Origin: an uncultured Chloroflexia bacterium
GTDB taxonomy: Bacteria > Chloroflexota > Anaerolineae > JAAYZQ01
Reading direction: 5' to 3'
DNA: 64,000 bases
Assembly (NCBI GenBank): GCA_963700285.1
Contig: CAVOXA010000014.1
Location: forward strand, 576,001-640,000
Positions 19,511-30,794 of this stretch are shown piece after piece. The notes beneath the pieces are model-generated. The model saw nothing but the letters and a program-made list of their open reading frames with translations. It did no database searches and was not told the DNA's origin. Positions within the stretch are counted from its first letter, which is position 1. Each line of letters opens with the position of its first letter. Made by a program: the position numbers and the translations under genes.

Positions 19511-20365
19511 TTGTTGACCAGTCCAATGTTGCACACGCTGCGGCAAGCCGCCGCACTCCGTCGCAAGTGGGAGACAGGCCGGGAGGTCTCCTTTCTGGGC
19601 TGGATCTCGATGCTTGATCCAGCCATGGCCGAGATCGGCGTCCAATGGGGCTACGACGGACTGATCATTGACACAGAACACGCTACCTTTGATGTCACGG
19701 CCCTGCGCACGACGATCATGGCCTTTCGCGGCACCGACTGCGTGCCCCTGGTCCGCGTGGGGGCCAACGATCAATACCTCATCAAGACAGCGCTCGATCT
19801 GGGCGCTGGGGGCGTGCTGATCCCCCAGATCCAGAACCCAGACGACGCGCGGGCCGCGGTACAACACTGCCGTTACCCACCCGAAGGTATCCGTGGCGTC
19901 TCGCCGCGGCGGGCCAGCGACTATTTTAGCGAGGGCAAAGCATACGTGACGGAAGCGAATGATTCGGTTCTGGTCATGGTCCAGATCGAGAGCTGGGAAG
20001 CCTACCAGAAACTCGACGCCATCCTGGAGGTAGAGGGCATCGACTGCTTCCTCGTGGGCCAGGTCGATCTGGCGGCGACGATGAACTACATGTGGCAGCC
20101 CGCCCACCCAGAGGTGGTCAGAACGACCGGAGATATCGTCCAGCGCTGCCGCCAGGCGGGACGCAGTGCAGCGGTGGCCGCAACGAATGACGTACAAGAG
20201 ATCAAGCACTGGCTGGACGCCGGGGCGAACGTGATCAGCGCTGGCAGCGATCTATCCTTCCTGCTGGACGGCTATCGCCACTTCAAGGCCAGCATGCAAG
20301 AAGCGCACCTGCCGTTCCCACCAGCTCCACGGCAGGAGATCAAGGACTCGACTCAAGGAGGCTGA
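19511..20365 (+). CDS. HpcH/HpaI-family class II aldolase
   Basis: IDTEH, RYPPEGIRG and QIES motifs. Confidence 0.88.
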   Translation: MLTSPMLHTLRQAAALRRKWETGREVSFLGWISMLDPAMAEIGVQWGYDGLIIDTEHATFDVTALRTTIMAFRGTDCVPLVRVGANDQYLIKTALDLGAGGVLIPQIQNPDDARAAVQHCRYPPEGIRGVSPRRASDYFSEGKAYVTEANDSVLVMVQIESWEAYQKLDAILEVEGIDCFLVGQVDLAATMNYMWQPAHPEVVRTTGDIVQRCRQAGRSAAVAATNDVQEIKHWLDAGANVISAGSDLSFLLDGYRHFKASMQEAHLPFPPAPRQEIKDSTQGG

Positions 20366-20368
20366 TAG

Positions 20369-22258
20369 ATGGCAGAACTCGGCGGTTATGTTGGGCAATT
20401 CCTGAACGTTGACCTTTCCACGGGTACGCTCTCTGATGAGCACCCCGATCCAGCCCTGTTGAGGGCCTTTATCGGCGGTTATGGACTGGGAGCCGCGATC
20501 CTGTACGAACGCGTGCCCGTCGATGCCGATCCCCTTGGCCCCGACAACATGTTGGGCCTGATTACCGGGCCCCTGACCGGGACACCGGCGATCATGGCCT
20601 CGCGCTACTGCGCCGTGGCCAAGTCGCCGCTGACCGGCGGCTGGGGCGACGCCAACTCGGGCGGTGATTTTGGCCCCATCCTCAAATACGCGGGCTATGA
20701 CGCGGTCTTTGTCCGGGGCATAGCGGACGAGCCGGTGTACCTGCTCATTGAGGATGGCCAGGCTGAGATTCGGCCAGCGGGCGACCTGTGGGGTCTGGAC
20801 GCCGTCGAGACCGAAGAAGCCCTGCAGGCGCGTCATGGCCCAGGAAGCCGCGTGGCCTGTATCGGTCCCGCCGGCGAACGCCTTTCCCTCGTGTCGTGCA
20901 TCATCAACGACCGAGGGCGGGCGGCGGGTCGTTCCGGCCTGGGCGCCGTGATGGGCTCAAAGCGACTCAAGGCGGTGGCCGTGGTTGGCACGCGCAAACC
21001 GGCCGTAGCTCAGCCTGACCAGGTGAATGCCCTCCGCAAAAAGTACCTGCCCGAATTCAAGGAAAACGATACCTCCAAGATCATGCGCGACTATGGGACA
21101 GCCGGCTTCACCAAGGCATTCACCGAAATCGGCCGGACGCCGATCAAAAACTGGGGCGGGGCCCATCCTGATAGCTATCCCGATACGGACGCGCTGGACG
21201 GTCCGGCCGTCGTTGCCTATGAAACGAAAAAGTATGCTTGCTGGCACTGCAACCAGGCCTGCGGCGGCATCATGCAATGGGAATCGGACGGCGAGATGCA
21301 CGAGGACCACAAGCCGGAGTACGAGACCCTGGCCACTTTTGGCACCTATGTGGGCATCACGGACGTCAAGGCTGTGATGACCATGAACGAGATGTGCAAC
21401 CGGGCCGGCTTTGATACCATCTCCGCCGGGGCGACCATCGCCTTTGCCATGGAGTGCCATGAACATGGCCTGCTCAGCGAGGAGGAGCTGGACGGCCTGG
21501 ACCTGACCTGGGGCAACGGGAAGGCAGCCATTGCCTTGCTGGAGCGCATGGTGGAGCGGCGCGGGCTGGGCGATGTCCTGGCCGACGGCGTCATGCGCGC
21601 GTCCCAGCGGATCGGCCAGGGGAGCGAGGATTTTGCCATCCACTCCGGGGGCCAGGAGCTGCCTGCTCACGACCCCAGGCACGAGGCAGACTTTGGGTTG
21701 GCCTACCAGATCTCGCCCACGCCCGGACGGCACACCCAGGGTGGCGTCGGGGCGGTCAATATGCCGCCCGAACAGATCGAGCTTTATGGCCTGGATGCCA
21801 AACTGAAGGAGGAAGACCCGGTACGCTTCCATGCCCAGGCTTACGCCGCCACCATGGCCTGGAAGAATGTGTTGAATGCGGCCGGCCTGTGCAGCTTTGG
21901 CTCCGTAACCATGGGGCCCGAGTACGTGCCAGAGTTCATCGCCGCCATCACCGGTTGGGATTTCGACATGGGCGAGTGCGTGGAGACGGGCGAGCGCATC
22001 GAAGACATGCGCCACCTGTTTGGCCTCCGAGAGGGCCACAACCCCCTCGAGACAGAGGTTGCGCCGCGGGCCATGGGCAATCCGCCGCTGGAGAGCGGTC
22101 CCAGGGCCGGCGTGACCGTCGAGATAGACGAACTGCTTCAGGCCTATCTGGAACGCATGGATTGGGATGCAGACACCGGCATGCCCAGCTCCGAGCGGTT
22201 GGCAGCGCTGGGCCTGGACGAACTTGCCTCATCTGAAGGAACAAGGAACTATGCCTGA
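20369..22258 (+). CDS. aor: Aldehyde:ferredoxin oxidoreductase (W/Mo-pterin family)
   Basis: KSPLTGG..ANSGG, GRSGLGAVMGSKRLKAV, CWHCNQAC, PEYET and DTISAG motifs. Confidence 0.92.
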   Translation: MAELGGYVGQFLNVDLSTGTLSDEHPDPALLRAFIGGYGLGAAILYERVPVDADPLGPDNMLGLITGPLTGTPAIMASRYCAVAKSPLTGGWGDANSGGDFGPILKYAGYDAVFVRGIADEPVYLLIEDGQAEIRPAGDLWGLDAVETEEALQARHGPGSRVACIGPAGERLSLVSCIINDRGRAAGRSGLGAVMGSKRLKAVAVVGTRKPAVAQPDQVNALRKKYLPEFKENDTSKIMRDYGTAGFTKAFTEIGRTPIKNWGGAHPDSYPDTDALDGPAVVAYETKKYACWHCNQACGGIMQWESDGEMHEDHKPEYETLATFGTYVGITDVKAVMTMNEMCNRAGFDTISAGATIAFAMECHEHGLLSEEELDGLDLTWGNGKAAIALLERMVERRGLGDVLADGVMRASQRIGQGSEDFAIHSGGQELPAHDPRHEADFGLAYQISPTPGRHTQGGVGAVNMPPEQIELYGLDAKLKEEDPVRFHAQAYAATMAWKNVLNAAGLCSFGSVTMGPEYVPEFIAAITGWDFDMGECVETGERIEDMRHLFGLREGHNPLETEVAPRAMGNPPLESGPRAGVTVEIDELLQAYLERMDWDADTGMPSSERLAALGLDELASSEGTRNYA

Positions 22259-22338
22259 GATCATCCCTGCGAAGATCTGTCCACCTCCGCAATATTAGGT
22301 TCAAAAACACTTTTCAACGCCAAGGGAGACCCAAGAAC

Positions 22339-23280
22339 ATGCCTAGCATTGAACACGTAAAAGCCATCGTCCGCGGCCCGATGCTACCCGTTATCACTAG
22401 TTTTAAGGATGACCTGAGCTTGGACCTGGATACTATCCAGGATAACGTCCGCTACCTCGTCGAAGGCGGGCTGGTCACCGGCAAGGGTACCATGCTTGCA
22501 ACCGGGGCCGGCGGCGATTTTCCTATGCTCTCCACGGAGGAGCGAAAACAGGTCGCCCAAGCCATCATCGAGGCAGCCGGCGGCCAGGCGACGGTATTCG
22601 TCGGCGTACAGCACACCAACCCCGCCGTGTGCCGCGATCTGGCCGAGCATGCCCAGGAGATCGGCGCTGACGGGATCCAGGTCAGCCCCACCTACTACTA
22701 TGAGCCCTCGGACGCCGATGTCCTCGCCTTCTACCAGATGCTCAATGACGCCATCTCTATTCCCATCATGATCTACAATACGCCCTGGCTGGTGGGCTAC
22801 GATCTGAGCTTTGAGATGCTGGATGCGCTGGCCGATATGGAGCAGGTGCTGGCCCTCAAATGGGCCTGTGACAGCGCCCATCAATACCTCCGGGCTATCG
22901 AGCTGTTTGCGAGGCGGCTGGCCATCGTCGACAATCTGGGATTGACGGTAATGGCCCACATGATGGGCGCCACCGGCTGGATCACCCACCTGGCCAACAT
23001 CTGGCCCGAGCACGAAGTCGCCCTGTGGGAGCAGATGGACGCCGGCGACTATGTTGGCGCTCAGGCCGAACTGCAGCGGGTCAACTGGCGCTGGCTCGAT
23101 TTCCGCGGCAAAATGGCTCGGAACACGGGCGGGGAAGCCAATGTGGTCAAAGCCGCTTACGATCTCATCGGGCGCCGTGGAGGGCCGGTACGGCCACCTA
23201 CGCGGAACATGTCTCCAGAGCACCGCACTGAGCTGAAGGCGCTGCTGCAGGAAATCGGTGTACCGGGCGTGTTGGCCTGA
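22339..23280 (+). CDS. Dihydrodipicolinate synthase/N-acetylneuraminate lyase family protein
   Basis: MIYNTP and ALKW (Schiff-base Lys) motifs; GGPVRPP. Confidence 0.85.
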   Translation: MPSIEHVKAIVRGPMLPVITSFKDDLSLDLDTIQDNVRYLVEGGLVTGKGTMLATGAGGDFPMLSTEERKQVAQAIIEAAGGQATVFVGVQHTNPAVCRDLAEHAQEIGADGIQVSPTYYYEPSDADVLAFYQMLNDAISIPIMIYNTPWLVGYDLSFEMLDALADMEQVLALKWACDSAHQYLRAIELFARRLAIVDNLGLTVMAHMMGATGWITHLANIWPEHEVALWEQMDAGDYVGAQAELQRVNWRWLDFRGKMARNTGGEANVVKAAYDLIGRRGGPVRPPTRNMSPEHRTELKALLQEIGVPGVLA

Positions 23281-23435
23281 GCCAGACAGCCGCTCGCTGG
23301 TGCCGTCTTTGCGGGACAAGTGGCTAGCTTGTCCTGTCCAAAGGAAAGATGCCATCTTGCCCTACAGGAGAGCTGTCCGGACTCGGTCGCAGACCTTCGC
23401 CCATCATGCAGCAGCAGAAGAAGGAGAACCGCTCT

Positions 23436-24197
23436 ATGAACAAGGACCGTTTTTCTGGCAAGGTGGCCATCGTCACCGGTGCGGGCCGGGGAATGGGCAA
23501 GGCTACCGCACTAACACTGGCCTGCGAGGGCGCGGCCGTCGTGGTCAACGACCTGCGCCCCGACTGGGCCGACGCAGTAGCCAAAGAGATAGTGCAGGCT
23601 GGCGGGCAGGCCATGGCCTACGTGGCGGACGTGACCAAGGAAGGGCAGGTACAAGCCATGGTTGAGGCCACGGTCAAGCACTTTGGCACGGTCGACATCC
23701 TGGTCAACAACGCCGGCCTGCTGCGATCCACGACCCCACTGGAGAACATCCCACTGGACGAGTGGGAACTGATGATGGTCGTCAACGTCACAGGAGTATT
23801 CCTGTGCACCAAAGCCGTCCTGCCGATCATGAAGGCCCAGCGCAGCGGCAAGATCGTCAACGTCTCATCGTCAGCAGGACGGGCCACCAGCACTTTTGGT
23901 GGGGCGCACTATACAACCTCCAAGGCGGCCGTGCTGGGACTGACCCGCCACACCGCTCGCGAGGCCGCGCCGTACAATATCAACGTCAACGCCACCGCGC
24001 CGGGCAGCATGGACACCGAGATGGTACGCGAGCTGGCAACGCCCGAGCACATGGCCCAGGAGGCGAAGAATAACCCTCTCCTCCGGCTGGGTACGGCCCA
24101 GGATGAAGCCGATCTGGTGGCCTTTCTCTGTTCCGAGGAGGCATCCTACATCACCGGGGCCACCATTGACCTCAACGGCGGGGATCTGATGATGTAA
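23436..24197 (+). CDS. Short-chain dehydrogenase/reductase
   Basis: TGAGRGMG, NNAG and YTTSK motifs; AAGGAG RBS. Confidence 0.92.
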   Translation: MNKDRFSGKVAIVTGAGRGMGKATALTLACEGAAVVVNDLRPDWADAVAKEIVQAGGQAMAYVADVTKEGQVQAMVEATVKHFGTVDILVNNAGLLRSTTPLENIPLDEWELMMVVNVTGVFLCTKAVLPIMKAQRSGKIVNVSSSAGRATSTFGGAHYTTSKAAVLGLTRHTAREAAPYNINVNATAPGSMDTEMVRELATPEHMAQEAKNNPLLRLGTAQDEADLVAFLCSEEASYITGATIDLNGGDLMM

Positions 24198-24233
24198 GAC
24201 AGGACTGCCAATCTGGAGGAAGGGAAAGCAACG

Positions 24234-25451
24234 ATGAATCACAGACAGAGGGTTCTGGCGGCTCTGCGCCACCAGGAGCCCGACCGGGTACCCATCGATC
24301 TTGGGGCGACGGTGGATAGTACGATCATGGCCACGGCCTATCAGGAACTCAGGCAAGAACTCGGACTGGGAAGCAGCCTGACCCGTGTGCTTGACATCGC
24401 CCAGCAGACAGCCGTCATCGAAGACGACGTGCGCCAGGCGCTGGGGGCCGACCTCGCACCCGTCTTTGATGAGCCGAGGGAATGGCGCCTTGGAACCCTG
24501 GCGGATGACTCTCCTGCCGAGATGCCGGCCAAGTTCCGACCGCAGCTCCAGGCCGATGGCTCCCGCATCGTGATGGACCAGGACGGGAACGTCGTGTTCA
24601 AGATGCCCAAGCGCGGGCATTACTTTGACCCCGTCCATGCCCCCCTTGCTCATGCTACCGGCACAAAGGACCTGGACAAGTACATCGACGACATCATCCA
24701 CTATGACACACCCTCGCACCTCGACAAGAACTACGAGGACCAGGCCAAAGAGGTCAAGGCCCTGCGCCAGAACACCGACTATGCCCTTGTGGGCTTTTTC
24801 GGCGGCCATGTCCTCCAGGCAGGCCAGGTTTTGCGCGGATGGGAAGAGTTTCTGATGGATCTCCTGAAAAACAAGACCTTTGCGCATGCACTCATGGAGA
24901 GACTGACGGAGGCCCACCTGGCGCGCTTTGAGCGCTACGCGACAACCATCGCCCCCCACGTCGATGTCATTCAGTTTGAGGAGGATCTGGGCATGCAGGA
25001 CCGCCCCCTCATGAGCCCAGAGCTATACCGGGAGATGATCAAGCCCTACCACCAGAAGCTTTTTGCTTTCGCCAAGTCCCGCTGTGATGCCTATCTTTTG
25101 CTCCACACCGACGGCGCCGTCGCCCCCTTGATTCCCGACTTGATCGATATGGGCGTGGACGCCATCAACCCTGTGCAGGTCACCGCGGCGGGGATGGATT
25201 CCAAAGCACTCAAGAAGGAGTTCGGAAAGGATATCACTTTCTGGGGCGCGGGCTGCGACAGCCAGGTAATTCTGCCTTTCGGTTCGCCTGAAGAGGTGGA
25301 GGACGAAGTAAAGCGGCGCATCGACGACCTGGCTCCCGGCGGAGGCTTTGTGTTTGCCCCGATCCACAACATCCAGGCCGGGGTTCCTCCGGAGAATGCG
25401 GTGGCCATGTTCAGGACGGCGCAGGAGTATGGCAGGTACGGCAGCCAATAG
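24234..25451 (+). CDS. UroD/MtaA-like protein
   Basis: EPDRVPIDLG, EEDLG, LHTDG and GGGFVFAPIHNIQ motifs. Confidence 0.87.
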   Translation: MNHRQRVLAALRHQEPDRVPIDLGATVDSTIMATAYQELRQELGLGSSLTRVLDIAQQTAVIEDDVRQALGADLAPVFDEPREWRLGTLADDSPAEMPAKFRPQLQADGSRIVMDQDGNVVFKMPKRGHYFDPVHAPLAHATGTKDLDKYIDDIIHYDTPSHLDKNYEDQAKEVKALRQNTDYALVGFFGGHVLQAGQVLRGWEEFLMDLLKNKTFAHALMERLTEAHLARFERYATTIAPHVDVIQFEEDLGMQDRPLMSPELYREMIKPYHQKLFAFAKSRCDAYLLLHTDGAVAPLIPDLIDMGVDAINPVQVTAAGMDSKALKKEFGKDITFWGAGCDSQVILPFGSPEEVEDEVKRRIDDLAPGGGFVFAPIHNIQAGVPPENAVAMFRTAQEYGRYGSQ

Positions 25452-25642
25452 CTGAAGGCCAGTATCTCACATCGTTTTACAGCAAGCGCAGGACCTTCAG
25501 CCCATGGTGACTCGGCAACCCGTTGCACTGCGGCACATACTTGGCGACTCCAGAACCCGAGATTCAACGCGTAGGCCCTGACCACCGCGTGGGAAACAGT
25601 TGGCAGTCGTGGTTGTTTCGGGTATAATAGGCTCTCCTTCCG

Positions 25643-27615
25643 GTGAAAAACACCCCGGGCAAGACGCCGGGTACGCACTTACAGCACAGAAAACTGCCCA
25701 GGAGGCTGGTTACGTTGGCTTCTGATGCCCAGGCATCCGACTATGACCTGAAAAACGCGGTTTCCGAGAATCGCCTGACCGGCATCTGGCACCTGATGAC
25801 CGGTTATCGCTTCACCTACCTGGTGGCGACGCTCAGCCTGGGCATCGCCGCGGTGGCCCGGACCAGCTCCATGCTGCTGCTGGGCAGGTACGCGGACGAT
25901 GTCCTGGGCCAGGCAGACATGGTACGCTGGCTGCCTCTGGTCGCGCTGGGCTTTGTCATCCTGGCCGTGATCCAGGGAGCCATGACCTTCCTCAGCGGAA
26001 AGCTGGCCGCCCGGACCGCCGAGGGCATTGTGCTGCGCCTGCGCAACTACGTCTATGACCACATCCAGCGACTGTCCTTCACCTACCACGACCGGACGCC
26101 GACAGGGGACCTGATCCAGCGCTGCACGTCGGACGTTGATGCCATCCGCCGTTTCTTTGCGGACCAGGCCATCAGCGCCGGGCGCATCCTCTTTCTCTTT
26201 ATCGTCAATCTGACAGCGCTTTTGTTCTTGAACTGGCAGCTGGCTCTGTTCTCTGTCATCGTCGTGCCCATCATTGTGATGATGTCGTTCTTTTTCTTCC
26301 GCAGGGTATCCAAGGCCTACGAGGCCTACCAGGAGCAGGACGCTGTCCTCTCCACCACCCTCCAGGAGAACCTGACCGGTGTGCGCGTGGTCAAGGCTTT
26401 TGCCCGTCAGGCCTACGAACGGGAAAGATTCGAGGGCAACAACTGGGAAAAGTACCTGCGGGGAAGGCGGCTTCTGATCATGCACTCCCTCTTCTGGCCG
26501 ATGTCGGACATTCTGTGCGGCTTTCAGATGCTGGCTGGCTTTTTCGTGGCCGCACTCATGGCCATCAACGGGACCATCACCGTGGGTACCTATCTGGCCT
26601 ACGCGGGCATGGTCATCTGGCTCATCTGGCCCATGCGCAACCTGGGCCGGCTGATCGTCCAGATGTCCACCGGCCTGGTCTCGTATGGGCGCGTGACCCA
26701 AGGTCATCAAGGAGGATCGCGAGCCCCTGGATGAGGGAATGGTTGAGGTACCCGATTGTGTCGACGGCCGCTTCGTCTTCGAAGATGTCTCATTCCAGTA
26801 CGATGACGACAGCCCGGTGCTGGAGGATATCAGCTTCCGGTGCGAGCCCGGCCAGGTCGTGGCCCTGCTCGGTTCCACCGGATCCGGGCAAGACGACGCT
26901 GGTCAACCTCCTGCCCCGCTTCTACGACTATACCAGCGGCAGCCTGACCCTGGACGGCGTCGAACTGAAAGACTATCCGCGCCATTTCCTTCGCCAGCAG
27001 ATCGGCATCGTCGAGCAGGAGCCATTCCTCTTCTCCCGCACCATCCGCGAGAACATCAGCTACGGCGCAGACCGGGAGGTAACGGAAGCCGAGATCGAAG
27101 CCGCAGCCCAGGCCGCAGCGATTCACGACAGCATCCTCTCTTTCCCCGAGGGCTATGACACGTTGGTCGGCGAGAAGGGCGTCACCCTATCCGGCGGGCA
27201 GAAGCAGCGAATCGCCATTGCCCGCACCCTGCTCAAGGACCCCTGTATCCTGATCCTGGATGATTCTACCTCGTCGGTGGACACCGAAACCGAGGCCGAG
27301 ATCCGTGGCGCTCTGGAACACCTGATGGAGGGCCGCACAACCTTCATCATCGCCCACCGCATCCAGAGCGTGATGAACGCCGACCTGATCCTGGTGCTGG
27401 ACAAGGGCCAAATCGTCCAGCGAGGCAAACACGAGGAGCTGGTGGCCCAGGAGGGCATCTACCGCCGCATCTATGACATGCAGGCCCGCATCGAAGTCGA
27501 GCTGAGGCAGGAGATAGCCGGCATCGATATACAGCCTTCCGAGCTCTCAGAAGAACCAAGATTGCGCACGTCAACGGAATTCCTGAGGGGAATCACGCGT
27601 GTCCGACGAGTTTGA
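25643..27615 (+). CDS. ABC exporter fused permease/ATPase subunit 1 (frameshifts near 26700 and 26886; start approximate)
   Basis: ABC membrane domain followed by GSTGSGKT, LSGGQKQR and LILDD across three frames. Confidence 0.88.
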
Positions 27616-29426
27616 GTTCGAAGAAGAAGAATTCTCATACCCAATTCAACGGCCGCACCATGCTGCGCATCCTGGCCCTGGCCAGGCCTCACTGGCGCTG
27701 GCTCGTCGGGCTTTTTGGCATGCCATTGCTCTGGTCTCCGGACTGGATTCCTTCTTTACCTTCCTCAGCAAGCAGATCGTGGACGAGGGCATCGTCGCCG
27801 GCGACAGGACAGCGCTGACACGGATCGTGAGCCTCTATGGTGCCCTCATCATCGTCCAGTCCATGGCCGTCTTTGGCTTTATCTACCTGGCCGGCATTCT
27901 GGGCGAGCGCAGTCCGCTACGACCTGCGCAAGACGCTGTTCAACCACCTCCAGGAGCTGTCCTTCTCCTACTTTGACCGGACGCCGGTGGGCTGGATCAT
28001 GTCCCGTGTAACGTCCGACACGGACCGCATCGCCGAACTGGTGACCTGGGGGCTGTTGGACTCACCTGGGCCCTCGATGAACATCGTCACAGCGATGTTC
28101 TTCATGTTGATCATCAACTGGAAGCTGGCACTCATCGTACTGGCCATCATCCCCGTGCTGGTCGTCGTGGCCGCCCAGTTCAAAAAGAAGATCCTGATCG
28201 AATACCGCCAGGTACGCAAGATCAACTCCAGGATCACCGGTGCCTACAACGAGAACATCAGCGGCGTGCGCGTGGTCAAGGCACTGTGCCGCGAGGACCA
28301 GAACCTGAATGAGTTTGGCGAGCTTTCGGGCGAAATGTACGGGGCCTCCTACCGGGCCGCCTGGTTGTCGGCGCTCTTTTTGCCCGTGGTGCAGCTCATC
28401 AGCTCCCTTGCCGTAGGCGCCATCGTCTGGTTCGGCGGACTGCAGGCCATTCAGGGGGACATGACCGTCGGCGGCATCATGGCTTTTGTCTCCTACGTCA
28501 CCTTTATGCTTTGGCCGGTGCAGGAGCTGGCGCGCGTCTACGCCGAGATGCAGAACGCCATCGCTTCGGCCGAACGGGTCTTTTCCCTGTCGGACGCCGT
28601 ACCCGAGGTCACAGACCAACCGGGAGCCATCGACCCGGGTACCATCCGCGGCGACATCGAATTCGACGCCGTCGATTTTTGGTACGAGCCCGACAACCCG
28701 GTACTCTCGGGCTTTGACCTCAAGGTCAAGCGCGGCGAAACAATAGCCCTGGTGGGAGCGACGGGCGGGGGCAAGAGCACCATCGTCAACCTGATCTGCC
28801 GCTTCTACGAGCCCAAACAGGGCGCGATCCGCATCGGCGGGCAGGACTATGAGGAACTCACCCTGCACGCCATCCAGTCGCGCATCGGCATTGTGCTGCA
28901 GACGCCCCATCTCTTTTCGGGCACGATCCGCGAGAACATCCGCTACGGCCGGCTGGAGGCGACCGACGAAGAGATCGAAGCGGCTGCCGACCTGGCCGGC
29001 GCCCACGACTTTATCAAGACCCTCGAAAAAGGCTATGACGAAGAGGTGGGCGAGGGCGGCGACCTGCTGTCGGTCGGGCAGAAGCAGTTGGTCAGCCTGG
29101 CGCGGGCCGTCCTGGCCCAACCCGAGATCTTTATCATGGACGAGGCAACCAGTTCCGTGGACACGCTGACCGAGGACCTGATCCAGCGGGGGATGGAAGC
29201 CCTGATGGAGGACCGCACCAGCTTTATCATCGCCCACCGGCTGTCGACTATCAAACGTGCCGATCGTATCCTGGTCATCGAAGCGGGAAAGATTGCCGAA
29301 ATAGGCAACCACGCCGAACTGCTGCGCGCCGGCGGGCACTACTACCGGCTCTACACCCAGCAGTTTCGCCAGCGCCTCGATCCGGACGTCGATCCGTTCC
29401 AGTTACCCGGCCTGGCGCCTGCTTGA
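27599..29426 (+). CDS. ABC exporter fused permease/ATPase subunit 2 (frameshifts near 27638, 27720 and 27910)
   Basis: GATGGGKST, LSVGQKQL, IMDEATS and AHRLST motifs; N-terminus split across frames. Confidence 0.88.
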
Positions 29427-29463
29427 ATCAGACGCCCAGCAATACGCCAGAGCGCAAACCATA

Positions 29464-29536
29464 GTAGGCGCCCTTCGTCTTTGCTCAGGACATGCTTCAG
29501 CGCCGTGAAATAGAAGTGCGCTGAAGGGCGCACTAG
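29464..29536. repeat. GTAG-type REP pair with a 22-bp insert in its left arm
   Basis: GTAGGCGCC-CTTC[GTCTTTGCTCAGGACATG-CTTC]AGCGC ... GCGCTGAAGGGCGCACTAG. Confidence 0.7.
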
Positions 29537-29663
29537 GAACAGATCTGCCAGTTGCTGGACCGAAGAATCGCGTACTAGGAACCTTTCCACTCCTGGCCGG
29601 GCCGCACAACTGAGGCTCAACGGCACCAATAGCCGCACCAACCATTCCCGGGAGGTCAAACAG

Positions 29664-30665
29664 ATGACGTCGCCTACCTCGCGCAGTCCCTTCAAGGTCG
29701 CTGTTGTCCAACACGCCCCGGTCTTTCTGAACCTGGAGGCCAGCCTGGCAAAAGCCTGCGCCCTGGTCGAGCAGGCGGCCGGGGCCGGAGCAAGAATCAT
29801 CGCCTTCCCCGAGACCTGGCTGCCAGGCTATCCGGTCTGGCTGGACTATGCGCCCAGGTCTGCGGAGTGGGACTATGCTCCTGCCAAGGCGCTGTACCGA
29901 TTGCTCTTTGAGAACGCAGTCGCCATCGATGAGCCCGCGGGCGGACCGCACCTCGAACCCTTGCTCTCCGTCGCCCACCGTACGGGTACCTATGTCGTCA
30001 TGGGCGCCCACGAGCGCGACGGTGGCACGCTGTACAACACCATCCTCTACATCGGCCCGGACGGGCACGAGTTCCAGATCCACCGCAAACTGGTTCCGAC
30101 CTACACCGAGCGCCTGGTCTGGGGGCGGGGAGACGGCAGCACGTTGGGCGTGATGGGCACAGGGTATGGCAACCTTGGGGCATTGATCTGCTGGGAGCAC
30201 TGGATGCCCCTGGCCCGGGCAGCGATGCACGCCCAACATGAAACGGTTCACGTGGCCCAGTGGCCGGCCGTCCGGGACCTCCACCAGCTTGCCAGCAGGC
30301 ACTATGCCTTCGAGGGCCAGTGCTTTGTCCTGGCCGCGGGCGTTGTTCTGAGCCGGGCTGATGTCCTCGACGGGATCCATTCTCTGGACCAGCCACCGAG
30401 CGAGGCGATCGAGTTTCTGGAAACGATTCCCGGCGAGGACAGCGACCTGCTCCTGCAAGGGGGCAGCGCCATCATCGCTCCCGACTCCACCTACGTCTCC
30501 GGGCCGGTCTTTGACGAACCTGCCATCCTCTACGCGGAACTCCAGCCGGAGCGCATCACCGAGAGCTATCTGACCATCGACACCCAAGGCCATTACTCCC
30601 GGCCCGATGTCTTCCACCTGAAAGTCAACGCCCATCCTCAGTCGAACGTGACCTTCAAGCCTTGA
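29664..30665 (+). CDS. Nitrilase (carbon-nitrogen hydrolase)
   Basis: E-K-C triad in FPETWLPGYP, HRKLVPTYTER and LICWEH; GHYSRPDVF. Confidence 0.92.
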   Translation: MTSPTSRSPFKVAVVQHAPVFLNLEASLAKACALVEQAAGAGARIIAFPETWLPGYPVWLDYAPRSAEWDYAPAKALYRLLFENAVAIDEPAGGPHLEPLLSVAHRTGTYVVMGAHERDGGTLYNTILYIGPDGHEFQIHRKLVPTYTERLVWGRGDGSTLGVMGTGYGNLGALICWEHWMPLARAAMHAQHETVHVAQWPAVRDLHQLASRHYAFEGQCFVLAAGVVLSRADVLDGIHSLDQPPSEAIEFLETIPGEDSDLLLQGGSAIIAPDSTYVSGPVFDEPAILYAELQPERITESYLTIDTQGHYSRPDVFHLKVNAHPQSNVTFKP

Positions 30666-30709
30666 GGCATCACCTGTCTCGGTGGAGAGGGCAAGGGCTG
30701 GAATACAAC

Positions 30710-30771
30710 AACGAATTGGGAATGAAACGAATCGCCCGACAGAAAGGAATTCGTTCCTTTCGAAATTCGTT
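30710..30771. repeat. Short ACGAAT/ATTCGT doubled inverted-repeat element
   Basis: AACGAATT..AAACGAAT ... ATTCGTT..AATTCGTT upstream of rho. Confidence 0.5.
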
Positions 30772-30794
30772 CTAGTACCTCAAGGAGAATCCAT

